Below, in pieces: positions 49,050 to 60,351 of a DNA stretch of 64,000 bases. The number at the start of each line of letters is the position of its first letter. The first letter of the stretch is position 1. Under the pieces are notes generated by a model that had not been told where the DNA came from, made no database searches, and was given only the letters and a program-made list of their open reading frames with translations. This DNA is from Bacteroidaceae bacterium. GTDB lineage: Bacteria; Bacteroidota; Bacteroidia; Bacteroidales; Bacteroidaceae. The translations under genes and the position numbers were made by a program. Location: the NCBI GenBank assembly GCA_017442855.1, contig JAFSPM010000049.1, forward strand, positions 17,490-81,489, written 5' to 3'.

Positions 49050-50328
49050 GTGGAAAAATAGCACGGCATGGAAGTGGGTGGTAAACAGCTGCCGCTTCAT
49101 CTTGGGAGTCACCTTTGTGTTCTCAGGCTTTGTGAAGGCTGTTGACCCACTGGGTACTTGCTATAAAATACAGGACTATTTCACGGCATTTGGCATACTG
49201 CAACTGATGCCCGACATTGTACCACTGGCTTTGTCGGTATTCTTGGCAGTGATGGAGTTTGGCGTGGGTATGCACCTGATACTAGGCATCAGACGACGTG
49301 TCACCACTGTATTGGCGCTACTGATTATGCTGGTGATGACACCTCTGACGCTCTACCTGGCGCTGACCAATCCCATCAGCGATTGTGGATGCTTTGGTGA
49401 CGCATTGGTGCTGACCAATTGGCAAACATTTGGCAAGAACGTGGTGCTACTGATATGTGCCGTGACAGTGTTTATCACCCCATGGAACATGGTAAGGTTT
49501 CTTACAAAAAAGATGGAATGGACCTTATCGACATACAGTGTAGTGTTCGTCTTTGTGCTTGCATGTTACTGTTTGGCTACGTTGCCTATCATCGACTTCC
49601 GTCCGTATAAGATAGGCAATAACATACGCGAGGGCATGGAGATTCCTGAAGGGGCTAAGCCTACGGTCTTTGACACACGCTTCATCATGGAGAAAGATGG
49701 GGAGCAACAGACATTTACGGTGGACAACTACCCTGACAGTACGTGGACTTTCGTGAGTGCCGAGACGATAGTGGTGGAGAAAGGCTACGAGCCACCGATA
49801 CACGACTTCGTGATGGAGAGCATGGAGACGGGTGAGGACATAACCGATGAAGTGCTAGATGACCCCGGCTTCACCTTCCTGCTGGTAATGCACCGTACGG
49901 AGGAAGCGGAAGAAGGGTTTATTGACCTGATTAATGAGCTGTATGACTACAGCGTGGAGCATGGGTACGGGTTCTATGCATTATCTTCATCATCGGCCGA
50001 GGCCATCGAGCAATGGCGTGACCGCACTGGGGCGGAATATCCGTTCTGCATTATGGACGACATCACCCTGAAGACGATGGTGCGCAGTAACCCAGGACTG
50101 ATGCTCATCAAGGATGGTGTGGTATTGAACAAATGGGCCGACTCGCAGATGCCCAATGAGTTTGACCTGACCGACAGACTGGAAGAGTTGCCGCTGGGCG
50201 CGATGAAAGATGTGAGCGACCTGCGTACTTTGGGATGGGTAGGTGTGTGGTTTGTGGCACCATTATTATTAATCATATTGATAGACAGAATATTTAATAG
50301 ACATAACAACAAAAAAATTAAGAAAAGT
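49039..50328 (+). CDS. DoxX/MauE-like membrane protein (BT_3928 family); no stop codon, in frame with tpiA
   Basis: [31 protein letters not shown]; TM helices. Confidence 0.8.
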
Positions 50329-51087
50329 ATGAGAAAGAAAATTGTAGCAGGTAACTGGAAGATGAACATGAACCTGCAAGAAGGTGTAGCTTTGGCTAAA
50401 GAGTTGAACGAAGTACTGACTGCTGACAAGCCTAACTGCGACGTGGTAATCTGCACTCCGTTTATTCACTTGGCAACAGTAGCTGGTTTCCTGAACCAAG
50501 ACGTGATTGGTCTGGGTGCCGAGAACTGCGCTGATAAGGTGAAGGGCGCTTATACCGGTGAGGTATCAGCTGAGATGGTAAAGAGCACTGGTGCACAGTA
50601 TGTAATCCTGGGCCACTCAGAGCGTCGTGAGTACTACAAGGAGACTCCAGAGATTCTGAAGGAGAAAGTACAGCTGGCATTGGCTAACGGTCTGAAGGTA
50701 ATCTTCTGCATCGGCGAGAGCTTGGAAGAACGTGAGGCTAACAAGCAGAACGAGGTAGTGAAGGCTGAATTGGAAGGTTCAGTATTTAACCTGAGCGCTG
50801 AGGACTTCGCTAAGATCATCATCGCATACGAGCCTATCTGGGCTATCGGTACAGGCAAGACCGCTACTGCTGAGCAGGCTGAGGAGATTCATGCTTACAT
50901 CCGTAGCTGTGTAGCCAACAAGTATGGTGCTAAGGTAGCTGACGACACTTCTATCCTTTATGGCGGTAGCTGCAAGGCAAGCAACGCTCCTGAGCTGTTT
51001 GCTAAGCCTGACATCGATGGTGGCCTGATTGGTGGTGCTTCTCTGAAGTGCGCTGATTTCAAGGGTATCATTGACGCTTGGAAATAA
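50329..51087 (+). CDS. tpiA: Triosephosphate isomerase
   Basis: [45 protein letters not shown]. Confidence 0.98.
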   Translation: MRKKIVAGNWKMNMNLQEGVALAKELNEVLTADKPNCDVVICTPFIHLATVAGFLNQDVIGLGAENCADKVKGAYTGEVSAEMVKSTGAQYVILGHSERREYYKETPEILKEKVQLALANGLKVIFCIGESLEEREANKQNEVVKAELEGSVFNLSAEDFAKIIIAYEPIWAIGTGKTATAEQAEEIHAYIRSCVANKYGAKVADDTSILYGGSCKASNAPELFAKPDIDGGLIGGASLKCADFKGIIDAWK

Positions 51088-51097
51088 GTAAACTATC

Positions 51098-51127
51098 TAT
51101 GGTTTCCTGCTTCGGCAGGAAACCATA
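51098..51127. other. UUCG-tetraloop hairpin after tpiA (mRNA stabiliser or terminator)
   Basis: TATGGTTTCCTGC-TTCG-GCAGGAAACCATA; no U-tract on the + strand. Confidence 0.65.
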
Positions 51128-51141
51128 AAATAAAAAAGACG

Positions 51142-51606
51142 ATGAAACGAATTACTATTTTTGTGTTATTGGCAATGGCAGCTGTAATATCGACATACGC
51201 ACAGCGTGACATTGTGAAGAGTCTGCAAACAGATGCCGCAGGACAGGGAAAGGTGACCATCCATCAGGATGCACAGATTACCGCCTTGGTCAACGGCTCA
51301 GCTGTGGGCAACACAAGTACTGGCGAAAAGAAAGAACTGAAACGCCAGGGCTATCGTGTGCAGGTATATGCCGGTAATAATACCAGCCGCTCGCGCAACG
51401 AGGCACAGGATGTGGCCAACAAGGTGAAGCAGCATTTCCAGGATGCGCAAGTATATGCTTACTTCGTGTCACCTCGCTGGTTATGCCGTGTGGGCAATTT
51501 CCCTACCATTGAGGAGGCCGATGCCATGATGCGCCAACTGAAAGCCACAGGGGCATTTAAGGAAATATCCATCGTGAGGGACCAGATTACAATTGAAATA
51601 AATTGA
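51142..51606 (+). CDS. SPOR domain protein
   Basis: Signal peptide; GYRVQVY.G...SR.EA, P.W.CRVGNF....EA. Confidence 0.88.
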   Translation: MKRITIFVLLAMAAVISTYAQRDIVKSLQTDAAGQGKVTIHQDAQITALVNGSAVGNTSTGEKKELKRQGYRVQVYAGNNTSRSRNEAQDVANKVKQHFQDAQVYAYFVSPRWLCRVGNFPTIEEADAMMRQLKATGAFKEISIVRDQITIEIN

Positions 51607-51616
51607 TAAAAATAAG

Positions 51617-52207
51617 ATGTTAGGGAAGGAAATTATAGCGGAAACGCCTGAATTGGAAGAGTTGAAAGGGCACATCAAACGTATTCTTACCTTGATGGGC
51701 GAAGATACCAATCGTGAAGGACTGCTCAAGACACCTGAGCGTGTGGCTAAGGCCATGATGACGCTAACTGGCGGCTATGACATTGACCCTCGTGAGGTAC
51801 TGAACTCAGCCAAGTTCAAAGAGGACTACAGTCAGATGGTGATTGTGAAAGACATTGATTTCTATTCACTTTGCGAGCACCACCTCCTACCCTTCTTTGG
51901 CAAGGCGCACGTAGCTTACATCCCTAATGGCCATATTACCGGATTGAGCAAGATTGCCCGTGTGGTGGACATCTACTCACATCGCCTGCAAGTGCAGGAA
52001 CGCATGACCTCGCAAATAAAAGAGTGCATACAGGAAACGCTGAATCCACTGGGTGTGATGGTGGTGGTAGAGGCTAAGCACATGTGCATGCAAATGCGAG
52101 GTGTGGAGAAACAGAACTCCATTACCACAACCTCTGACTTTACAGGGGCATTCAATCAGGCAAAGACACGCGAAGAGTTCATGAACCTGATTCGGAACAA
52201 AGACTAA
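51617..52207 (+). CDS. folE: GTP cyclohydrolase I
   Basis: [44 protein letters not shown]. Confidence 0.98.
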   Translation: MLGKEIIAETPELEELKGHIKRILTLMGEDTNREGLLKTPERVAKAMMTLTGGYDIDPREVLNSAKFKEDYSQMVIVKDIDFYSLCEHHLLPFFGKAHVAYIPNGHITGLSKIARVVDIYSHRLQVQERMTSQIKECIQETLNPLGVMVVVEAKHMCMQMRGVEKQNSITTTSDFTGAFNQAKTREEFMNLIRNKD

Positions 52208-52215
52208 AACACAGA

Positions 52216-54345
52216 TTAAAACTCGAGGATGACACGCTCACCCAAGCGTTTGGCAAAGTCGGCTTGCACCTCACGCAACTCGGTATAACGCTGGATGATT
52301 TGCGCACATTTTACTTCGTTATTGACAATCACAGGGTCTTGCAGTTGTCGCATCACCTCTTTCAACGATTCATTGACAATGGCATATTTGTAGTTGATGG
52401 TTATCTCTGTAGCCAACTCCTGCAAGCGATTATCATCCGTCACAATAGTTTGATTTTTAAAGTGATACTTGCTCAGCTGATAGCGATCGCTCACCAACTC
52501 AAGTGCCATCTGACTGATGGTTGTATCGGGATGGTTGATAAAGTAGCGCTCAGCAGTATAGTCGGCATCATGCTGATGCTCTACTGCCAACCTGAGCATC
52601 TCACGAAACAGCGGATGGGTCAATGTCACATCGTCTTGATGCAAGGTAGCATCCACAAAATCTATCACACTTACAGGGGTGGTATTACCCTCATCATCCG
52701 TCAACTCACACATCGTTTTCTCGCCATAGCGCACCACCAACTGTATGATGGAACGTTCGTACTTGTAGAGGGCTTCGGAGAATGGACTGTTAGCCGTTGA
52801 CTGCTTAGAGACATGACCACTTCCCCCCTGAGGCAAATCCTCCATAGTTGGCAATGGGGGTGCATCAGGCATCTCAGGTTGCGTCATGGGAGCCAGCGGT
52901 ATCTCAGGTTGTGGTGTTGCAGGATCTTGAGGTGAATTAGGCGCTTGCGCCGCTAAAGCCCTACGTTTCTCTTCTGCCTCACGGTTAGTCTTGCGTTGGG
53001 TCGCCACATACCCCACCATACGCTTCTCCTCAACGCCCAACATATCAGCAGCTTCTTTGATGAAGACATCACGCATGATGGCCTCAGGGATGATGGCAAT
53101 GGCCTTAGTAATCTCACGGATGGCCTCGCCCCGCTTCAATGGGTCGTTACCCGCTTGACGAAGCAATAAATCATTCTTAAAGCGGATATAGTCGGTAGCA
53201 TGATCGTCGATGAATTGACGATACTCTTGTGCCGTATGCTTGCGGGCAAACGAATCAGGGTCATCGCCATCAGGAAGCAGACACACCTTCACCGTCATGC
53301 CATCTTGCAATAGCATCTCAGCACTACGCGTAGCGGCATGAATGCCAGCCTCATCACCATCATAGAGCAACACGATATTGTTGGTAAAACGGTGTAGGAT
53401 ATTTATTTGGTACTTACTGAGCGCCGTGCCCGAGTTGGCCACCACATTCTCCACCCCACACTGATGCATGGAAATCACATCCGTATAGCCCTCCACCATA
53501 TACACACAATCCTCCTTCACAATGGCCTTCTTCGCCTGGAAGATGCCGTAGAGCTCACGTTCCTTGTGGAAAATCTCAGTGTCGGGTGAGTTGACATACT
53601 TCTGCGCCACCCCCTTTGTACGAGAGTCAAGCAAGCGACCGCCGAAGGCGATGACCTTACCACTCAGACTGACCCAGGGGAAGATGACACGCCCTGCATA
53701 ACGATCCACCAGTTGTCCGTCTTCACGCTTATAGCAAATGCCCGTGCCTTTCGTCACCGTTTGTTCCTTGCCATCCACCATCACCTTGGTCTCGTAAGAG
53801 GTAAGGAATTTCTCGTTGAAACCCTTAGACAGAGCCGCTTTAGGCAAAGCATCACGCTGAGGCAAGGCATAACCCAACTGGAACTTCTCAATGATGTCGT
53901 CGCGGAACCCACGGTTGCGGAAATAAGCCAAACCAATGCTTCGTCCATCCACATTGTTGAGCAAGATATCGTGGTAATAATCACGTGCGAACTGATTGAC
54001 AATGAAGGCACTCTCGCGGTCGCTCTGTGCCTGACGCTCGTCGTTGGTCAGCTCACGCTCCTTCACCTCAATGCCATATTTCTTGGCCAAGTATTTCAAC
54101 GCCTCGACATAGGTAATCTGCTCGTGCTCCATGATAAAGTGCACAGGATTGCCCCCCTTGCCACAGGCAAAGCATTTACAGATATTACGAGCCGGAGATA
54201 CTGAGAATGAAGGCGTTCTGTCATCGTGAAAAGGACACAAACCCACATAGTTCACACCTCTTTTGCGAAGCGTGACAAAATCAGATACCACATCCACTAT
54301 CTGGGCGGCATCGAGAATCCTATCTACGGTAGCCTGGTCAATCAT
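52216..54345 (-). CDS. dnaG: DNA primase
   Basis: CPFHDDRTPSF/CFAC zinc finger, FGGR, KYVNSP, EGYTD, YDGD.AG, DPD. Confidence 0.98.
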   Translation of the reverse strand: MIDQATVDRILDAAQIVDVVSDFVTLRKRGVNYVGLCPFHDDRTPSFSVSPARNICKCFACGKGGNPVHFIMEHEQITYVEALKYLAKKYGIEVKERELTNDERQAQSDRESAFIVNQFARDYYHDILLNNVDGRSIGLAYFRNRGFRDDIIEKFQLGYALPQRDALPKAALSKGFNEKFLTSYETKVMVDGKEQTVTKGTGICYKREDGQLVDRYAGRVIFPWVSLSGKVIAFGGRLLDSRTKGVAQKYVNSPDTEIFHKERELYGIFQAKKAIVKEDCVYMVEGYTDVISMHQCGVENVVANSGTALSKYQINILHRFTNNIVLLYDGDEAGIHAATRSAEMLLQDGMTVKVCLLPDGDDPDSFARKHTAQEYRQFIDDHATDYIRFKNDLLLRQAGNDPLKRGEAIREITKAIAIIPEAIMRDVFIKEAADMLGVEEKRMVGYVATQRKTNREAEEKRRALAAQAPNSPQDPATPQPEIPLAPMTQPEMPDAPPLPTMEDLPQGGSGHVSKQSTANSPFSEALYKYERSIIQLVVRYGEKTMCELTDDEGNTTPVSVIDFVDATLHQDDVTLTHPLFREMLRLAVEHQHDADYTAERYFINHPDTTISQMALELVSDRYQLSKYHFKNQTIVTDDNRLQELATEITINYKYAIVNESLKEVMRQLQDPVIVNNEVKCAQIIQRYTELREVQADFAKRLGERVILEF

Positions 54346-54422
54346 ATCAGATGCGAAAATACAAATAAACCTGCAAATACCCAAGTGAAATCTCAAATAA
54401 AAACACTACCTTTACCAACGAT

Positions 54423-55859
54423 ATGAATAGCTCGTGGATCGACATATTTGCTGCTGACGGGGCCTTGAACCAAAACATCTTGGCAGTGAGTGACGTAATC
54501 TGGACCTACCTCTTGGTCGCGTTGCTCATTGGTTGTGGCGTGTTTTTCACTTGGAAGACGCGCTTTGTGCAGTTCCGCATGATACGAGAGATGATTCGTC
54601 TGCTCACCGACTATGCCGGCACCCAAAAGGGCGAGAAACACATCTCATCTTTTCAGGCATTTGCTGTGTCTGTGGCTACCCGAGTGGGTACAGGCAACCT
54701 GGCTGGCGTGGCTACGGCCATCGCCATTGGTGGTCCTGGCTCTGTATTCTGGATGTGGATCATCGCCCTGATAGGCTCGGCATCGGCATTTGTGGAATCC
54801 ACCTTGGCACAGTTATTCAAGCAAAAGCACAAAGACTCGTTCATCGGCGGTCCAGCCTACTATATAGTAAAAGGATTACGACTCAAGTGGATGGCAGCTC
54901 TGTTTGCCGTGCTCATCTCCATTACTTTCGGTCTCTCCTACAACTCCATCCAAAGCAACACCATTTGCAGTGCCATGCAACAAGCCTTTGGCGTAAATCC
55001 GTTGTGGATGGGCATCATTACCGCCGCTATGGCTTTAGCAGTAGTGTTTGGCGGCATCCATCGCATCGCCAAGGTCAGCAGCATCCTGGTGCCACTGATG
55101 GCAGTGGGCTATTTCTTGTTGGCTTTCATAGTGGTCATCATGAACATTGCCATCTTGCCCGATATCCTACTGCAGATTATCAAGGGCGCATTTGGCGTGG
55201 AGCAGTTTGCTGGAGGAACTCTGGGTGCCACCATGATGACGGGCATCAAGCGCGGACTGTTCAGCAATGAGGCCGGCGAGGGTTCGGCCCCCAATGTGGC
55301 GGCTACGGCTCATGTGTCGCATCCAGTGAAACAAGGACTCATCCAGGCTTTGGGTGTGTTTACCGACACCCTCTTGGTGTGCAGCTGTACCGCTTTCATT
55401 ATCCTACTCCGTGGCGACTACCAAACCAACGGTCTGAACGGCATCGCCTTGACACAGGCCTCGTTGCAGAACGAGATAGGTTCAGCAGGTCCTATATTCG
55501 TTGCCATTGCCGTATTCCTCTTCGCCTTTAGTAGCATCATCGGCAACTACTACTATGGCGAGGCCAACATCCGCTTTCTCACCCCCAAGAAAAGTACCTT
55601 AAACATCTATCGCGTCTTTTCTGCTGGCATTGTGGTACTCTTTGGTGTCGTTGCTAGTCTCGACATTGTGTGGAACATCGGCGATGTCTGCATGGCGTGT
55701 CTTGCCGCCTGCAACCTCATCGCCATCATCTGTTTAGGCAAATATGCTTTCCGCCTCTTGGACGACTATCGTGCCCAAAAGAAGAAAGGCATCAAAGACC
55801 CTATATTCACTAAAGACAAACTGCCAGAAATAGCAGACAGGATTGAGTGCTGGGAGTGA
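54423..55859 (+). CDS. Alanine/glycine:cation symporter (AGCS family)
   Basis: ISSFQA, RVGTGN.AGVA.AI..GGPG, GGPAYY, RGLFSNEAG.GS. Confidence 0.93.
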   Translation: MNSSWIDIFAADGALNQNILAVSDVIWTYLLVALLIGCGVFFTWKTRFVQFRMIREMIRLLTDYAGTQKGEKHISSFQAFAVSVATRVGTGNLAGVATAIAIGGPGSVFWMWIIALIGSASAFVESTLAQLFKQKHKDSFIGGPAYYIVKGLRLKWMAALFAVLISITFGLSYNSIQSNTICSAMQQAFGVNPLWMGIITAAMALAVVFGGIHRIAKVSSILVPLMAVGYFLLAFIVVIMNIAILPDILLQIIKGAFGVEQFAGGTLGATMMTGIKRGLFSNEAGEGSAPNVAATAHVSHPVKQGLIQALGVFTDTLLVCSCTAFIILLRGDYQTNGLNGIALTQASLQNEIGSAGPIFVAIAVFLFAFSSIIGNYYYGEANIRFLTPKKSTLNIYRVFSAGIVVLFGVVASLDIVWNIGDVCMACLAACNLIAIICLGKYAFRLLDDYRAQKKKGIKDPIFTKDKLPEIADRIECWE

Positions 55860-56020
55860 ACACTACAAATCCCAAACGTGGAAGAAATAGATTAAGGCCA
55901 AGATAGTACGGTCTATGCCCTCGGCTCGCCCTTATAGATAATAACAATAGGCTTTTCATATCTATAAATCATAATCGGGATTGTCCACTATAACTATACA
56001 AATATAAATAAAAAAAAAGA

Positions 56021-56544
56021 AAAAACAACCTTCACCCTTCACCTTTTTCCTAGAAGTACATGAATCTGAATGCTTTTTAAGGTGAATGTTAGGATGAAGG
56101 GTGAAGGTACAACAAAACCACCATAAGTAGCAACTTATGTCATTGGATAAAGCCGCCAAACGTATTACTTTAAGTAAATGGGTCGTTTACTTTAACTAAA
56201 CGGGTGCTTTAGTTAAAGTAAGCCTGTGACCTTCCCGAAGTAAGCCAGAGGGAAGCAAACCCTTGGTTTAATAGTAGTAAATCCATCGCTTACTAGTAGC
56301 AAGCCCAAGAATTCTATAGAGAATACTTAAGACGAAAACGGCTCTCGCAAGCAACGAGAACGGTTCTCAAAGGACACGAGAACGGTTCTCGCTTTTTTGC
56401 GCCCTAACTAGAAAAATAATTTTTCCTAACTAGGCAACAAAATCCCCAAACAAATTCCACCTTCACCCTTCACCCTAACCTACACCTTAATAGTACATCA
56501 CTATCAATTTGTTTTAAGAAAAGGTGAAGGGTGTAGGTTATTTT
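56021..56544. repeat. Non-coding element: ~87-bp imperfect terminal inverted repeats enclosing 22-bp-period repeat sets
   Basis: 56021-56108 matches the reverse complement of 56459-56544 (CCTTCACCCTTCACC...GAAGGGTGAAGG). Inner repeats are listed in findings. Confidence 0.8.
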
Positions 56545-56727
56545 GCAATTCTTTTTGTTTTTTTCAACATTAGCTTAAAATAATGCCTAACGAGTGAGGG
56601 GAAAAAAAGAGAACCGTTCTCGTTTGTTGAAAGAAATCGGACAAACTAATATAGCTCTGTTCCCTAATTGTTACGATAAAGAATGTCACTATGCAAAATA
56701 ATGGCATAGTAACTCTGCGTGTAACTG

Positions 56728-57366
56728 CTAATAAGGAAGATACACCAGGTAGTCGCCAACAGCGTCAATGGTTACTTGGGAGAGCGTAGCTTCGTTAAGG
56801 GTACCCTGCCACCAGTTGGTAAAATCATAGATGGGATATTTCAAGCCTTGGCTCTTGAAACCTGTGGCTCCAAAGTTGAATAAGGAGATTTGTTGACCTA
56901 CAGACACATCAAAAGAACTTTTTCCACTGCAAGGAATAAACACTCCAAAATCGGTGAACATCTGTACATCAGCTCCTTGGCGCATATACTCGATAAGTAA
57001 AGAGATGTTGCCCAAAGTATGATCCTCACGCTTGCCTGTAGCCCCCACAATGGCGATACGTTTTTTCCCTTGTCGCATCAGATAATGCACCGCCTTACTC
57101 AGGTCGTTGGTTTCTTGTTCGCTCTCTTGATGCAAGAGATGGGCATATCGCTCTTTCAATGCCTCGGACAAGGAGTCACCATCGCCCACAATAGCGATAG
57201 GAGTTCCGCCCTTAGCCAGGAACGCTTCAGCTGCCCCATCACAACACACCACTGTCTCGGCATTGGCCAAGATTTGCAAGGGAAGGCTGTGTGTTGGATA
57301 GCTACCAGCAGCTAAAACTACGGCATGAAACTGAGATTTGTAAAGTGAAAAGTGAGAATTATTCAT
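56728..57366 (-). CDS. thiN: Thiamine pyrophosphokinase
   Basis: CCDGA, VGDGDS, QETNDL.KA, GATGKREDH.LGN, GL.YP, GTLN. Confidence 0.9.
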   Translation of the reverse strand: MNNSHFSLYKSQFHAVVLAAGSYPTHSLPLQILANAETVVCCDGAAEAFLAKGGTPIAIVGDGDSLSEALKERYAHLLHQESEQETNDLSKAVHYLMRQGKKRIAIVGATGKREDHTLGNISLLIEYMRQGADVQMFTDFGVFIPCSGKSSFDVSVGQQISLFNFGATGFKSQGLKYPIYDFTNWWQGTLNEATLSQVTIDAVGDYLVYLPY

Positions 57367-57940
57367 AGCTATTCAATAATTTTCTCCATTTGAAATAGCC
57401 GAAGACGGCAATAACCACGTAGAGGCCATAGAGTCCTGCCTTGAAGGGGATGCCTTTCTGCACATAGAGGATAGTACATACAACATCGACCACCATCCAG
57501 AAGAACCACTGCTCGATGTACTTGCGGGACAAAGCCCAGAGACCCACAAAAGAGAGGGCGTTGGTGAAGGCATCGAGCACGGGCACAGTAGAGTTGGTCC
57601 AGGTAATGAGCACATAGTAGGTGAGTCCCCACGCCACCAAGAAAAACACCACGATGGGCAGGTACATTCGCAGAGGGGTATGGGTGATACGGAGGGGAGT
57701 CCCCTCTTTCGTGGTGCCAAACTTCCAGGCTATATAGCCATAGACAGCTGCCAAGGTATAATAGACCGCCATACCCGCATCGCCATAGAGGCCGTGGTTG
57801 TAGTAGAGATACACATCAAGGGCAGGCATGATGATGCCTACTATCCAAAGACCGATATGGGCCTTGTACTCCAGCCAGATATAAATCAAGCCCAGGACGG
57901 TGGTGAGTATGTCAAGCCAATCGAGTTCCATATAGTTCAA
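57359..57940 (-). CDS. pnuC: PnuC-family vitamin transporter (likely thiamine, PnuT)
   Basis: P.LDAFT.ALS....W...RK.IEQW..W..VD; lies between the TonB receptor and thiN under a TPP riboswitch. Confidence 0.88.
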   Translation of the reverse strand: MNYMELDWLDILTTVLGLIYIWLEYKAHIGLWIVGIIMPALDVYLYYNHGLYGDAGMAVYYTLAAVYGYIAWKFGTTKEGTPLRITHTPLRMYLPIVVFFLVAWGLTYYVLITWTNSTVPVLDAFTNALSFVGLWALSRKYIEQWFFWMVVDVVCTILYVQKGIPFKAGLYGLYVVIAVFGYFKWRKLLNSYE

Positions 57941-60159
57941 AATCTTAATATTACATTCGCCAAGGCATTGATGCCTGCTTGTGCCGCATAGCCTGCATAA
58001 TTATAACGAATCTTCTGTCCGTCAATAGTATAATAGCCACTGCCGGCATAACCGTTGTTTTCGTATTCTTCGTTGAAGATATTATAGATGGCACCACCCA
58101 CGGTGATGCTCTTCAAGGGACGCATCTTAAAGGTATAGGACAAGCTGAGGTTGCTTACACAATAGGCTTCCAGAATCGTTTCGGTAACATCGGCATTGGT
58201 CATGAACTGACGACTCACATATTGTGTCTGCAAAGCGGCATCGAAGCCTTTATAGCTATAGCTCAATCGGTTGTTGAGTATCACGCTGGGAGAGAAGGCG
58301 ATGTGCGAATCACCATGCTCAATGCGCCAAGGCTCGTAGGTTTCATCCTCGTATAACGTCTCAACAAAGTCAATGATACGGTTGCGGCTTAAGGTGGCGT
58401 TGGCCTCCCATGAAAAACCCATAGGCAAGTGGATACCTGCCATCAGTTCAATACCCATGCGGTAGCTCTTGGGCATGTTCACAGCCATTGGCTCGCCAAT
58501 CTCATTCAGTTCGCCCGTCAGCACCAGCTGGTCTTTGTAGTCCATGTAGTAGAGGTTCATGCCCCCAGAGAACCAAGACCCAGTATATTGATAGCCTAAC
58601 TCATAGTCAATAAGTTGCTCTGCCTTTGGTAGGTCATTGCTATTACCATCAGTATAGTTGTTGCGGGTAGGCTCTTTATGCGCCACACTTACAGAGCCAT
58701 AGACACGATGCTGCTTATTAATCTCCCATGACAGACCGCCCTTGGGATTGAAGAAGTCAAAGTGCTCATTTACATCGAAAAACTGATGCACATCACCCTG
58801 CATCTTGTCGTTTGTTCCCTTAATCTTATAGTCGATATGGCGATATTGCAAATCGGCATAGGCCGTCAGGCCGTTTAGGAAAGTATAGCTTGCCTTGCCG
58901 TAGATATTGCCGTCGTTCTTGGTGGCATTATTGAAATAATAATTACGGTCGGGGTTAGCATCACCCCCACTCTGCTTTACCCACAACACCCGTCCGAAAT
59001 GGTCGCCGTCATAGCGGTTGAAGCCGCCACCCAAAGAGGCATTCCAACCACCCTTCAAGTAATTGAGCGAAAATACACCACCAGCAAACCAGTTATCCAT
59101 TGCCTTTTTTCGCACCAGATCGCTTTTCTTAATCATCTCGCCCCCTTGCTCAAAAGGCTGCATGCCATACTCCAACAGTTTGCGGTTCATCTTATACTCC
59201 TGGTAATAGCCATCACCCTTGGTATAGTGGAGACCCACATTGAGTTTCAAAGCATCTGAGAAGCTATGATTGAGCAGCAATTGCCAATGTTTCTGGGTAT
59301 AGTTGTCGGTCTGGTCATCGTAGTATTTCCTCTGTCCGTTATCGTCATAATACTCACCGCAAGAGTTATATGTACGTCCATACAATGCCATCTCCTCTTT
59401 CGATGCGTAGTTCCACGCATGGTAGGTGCGCTCCTTGCCGGCAAAGGTAATCAGTTTGATATTCGTACTGTTGCCATACCAAGCTCCTTGCAGATAGTAA
59501 GATTGCAACGACACACTGGCACGGTCGATATAGCCATCGGACGAGATGTTGCTCAGTCGCGCATCGAAAGCCCAATGGTTATTGAGAAGGCCAGTACCTA
59601 CGTTCAACGTCTCTTTATGGGTGCCAAACGAGCCAGCAGAGGCACTCACCTCTGCATAAGGGATGGTGGACAAACCGCCCGTCTGCATATTGATGGTGGC
59701 ACCAAAAGCACCTGCACCATTGGTGCTGGTACCCACACCGCGCTGAATCTGAATATCCTTGACACTGGATGCAAAATCGGGCATATTGACCCAGAACACC
59801 CCATGACTCTCGGCATCGTTGATGGGGATTCCATTGGCTGTGACATTGATGCGGGTGGCATCAGTGCCTCGCACCCTGATGGTGGTATAGCCAATGCCAG
59901 CACCGGCATCGCTGGTAGTGATGGCACCTGGTGTCATGGATATAAGATAAGGTAGGTCTTGTCCTAAGTTACGTTGCTTTATCTCAGCTCGAGAGATGTT
60001 GGTAAATGCTACTGGCGTAGCTTTGGTAGCACGTGTGGCCATTACTTCCACGCCGTCCAGCATGACTTCACGCAATGAGTCATTGAGCTGGTCTTGTGCA
60101 TGTGCCGTCAACAAGCATGTTGCCAGTATGAGGCATGCCACTAATTTGTTCTTTTTCAT
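57937..60159 (-). CDS. TonB-dependent receptor (likely thiamine)
   Basis: Plug motifs SDAG.G.GYT..RVRG, NGIP.ND.ES, IQRGVGTS.NG; terminal Phe. Confidence 0.92.
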   Translation of the reverse strand: MKKNKLVACLILATCLLTAHAQDQLNDSLREVMLDGVEVMATRATKATPVAFTNISRAEIKQRNLGQDLPYLISMTPGAITTSDAGAGIGYTTIRVRGTDATRINVTANGIPINDAESHGVFWVNMPDFASSVKDIQIQRGVGTSTNGAGAFGATINMQTGGLSTIPYAEVSASAGSFGTHKETLNVGTGLLNNHWAFDARLSNISSDGYIDRASVSLQSYYLQGAWYGNSTNIKLITFAGKERTYHAWNYASKEEMALYGRTYNSCGEYYDDNGQRKYYDDQTDNYTQKHWQLLLNHSFSDALKLNVGLHYTKGDGYYQEYKMNRKLLEYGMQPFEQGGEMIKKSDLVRKKAMDNWFAGGVFSLNYLKGGWNASLGGGFNRYDGDHFGRVLWVKQSGGDANPDRNYYFNNATKNDGNIYGKASYTFLNGLTAYADLQYRHIDYKIKGTNDKMQGDVHQFFDVNEHFDFFNPKGGLSWEINKQHRVYGSVSVAHKEPTRNNYTDGNSNDLPKAEQLIDYELGYQYTGSWFSGGMNLYYMDYKDQLVLTGELNEIGEPMAVNMPKSYRMGIELMAGIHLPMGFSWEANATLSRNRIIDFVETLYEDETYEPWRIEHGDSHIAFSPSVILNNRLSYSYKGFDAALQTQYVSRQFMTNADVTETILEAYCVSNLSLSYTFKMRPLKSITVGGAIYNIFNEEYENNGYAGSGYYTIDGQKIRYNYAGYAAQAGINALANVILRF

Positions 60160-60202
60160 GAATCTTTTCCTTTTTAAGTTTAACACTAAAAAGGGGATAA
60201 TA

Positions 60203-60290
60203 CATCCTTTGTTCCCTACGTCGGCATTACCCGCATCAGGTTTAATGGGTATGATCTCAGCCCGTCATTTTAAGGCACCCCTTACGAAAT
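60203..60290 (-). promoter_or_regulatory. TPP riboswitch
   Basis: Minus strand GGGGTGC...GGCTGAGA.CATACCC..AACCTGATGCGGGTAATGCCGACGTAGGGA matches the THI-box consensus. Confidence 0.95.
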
Positions 60291-60351
60291 CGGGGGCAAA
60301 GATAGGTATTTTTTTTATTTTTTCACTATCTTTGCAAACAAATAATAAGAA

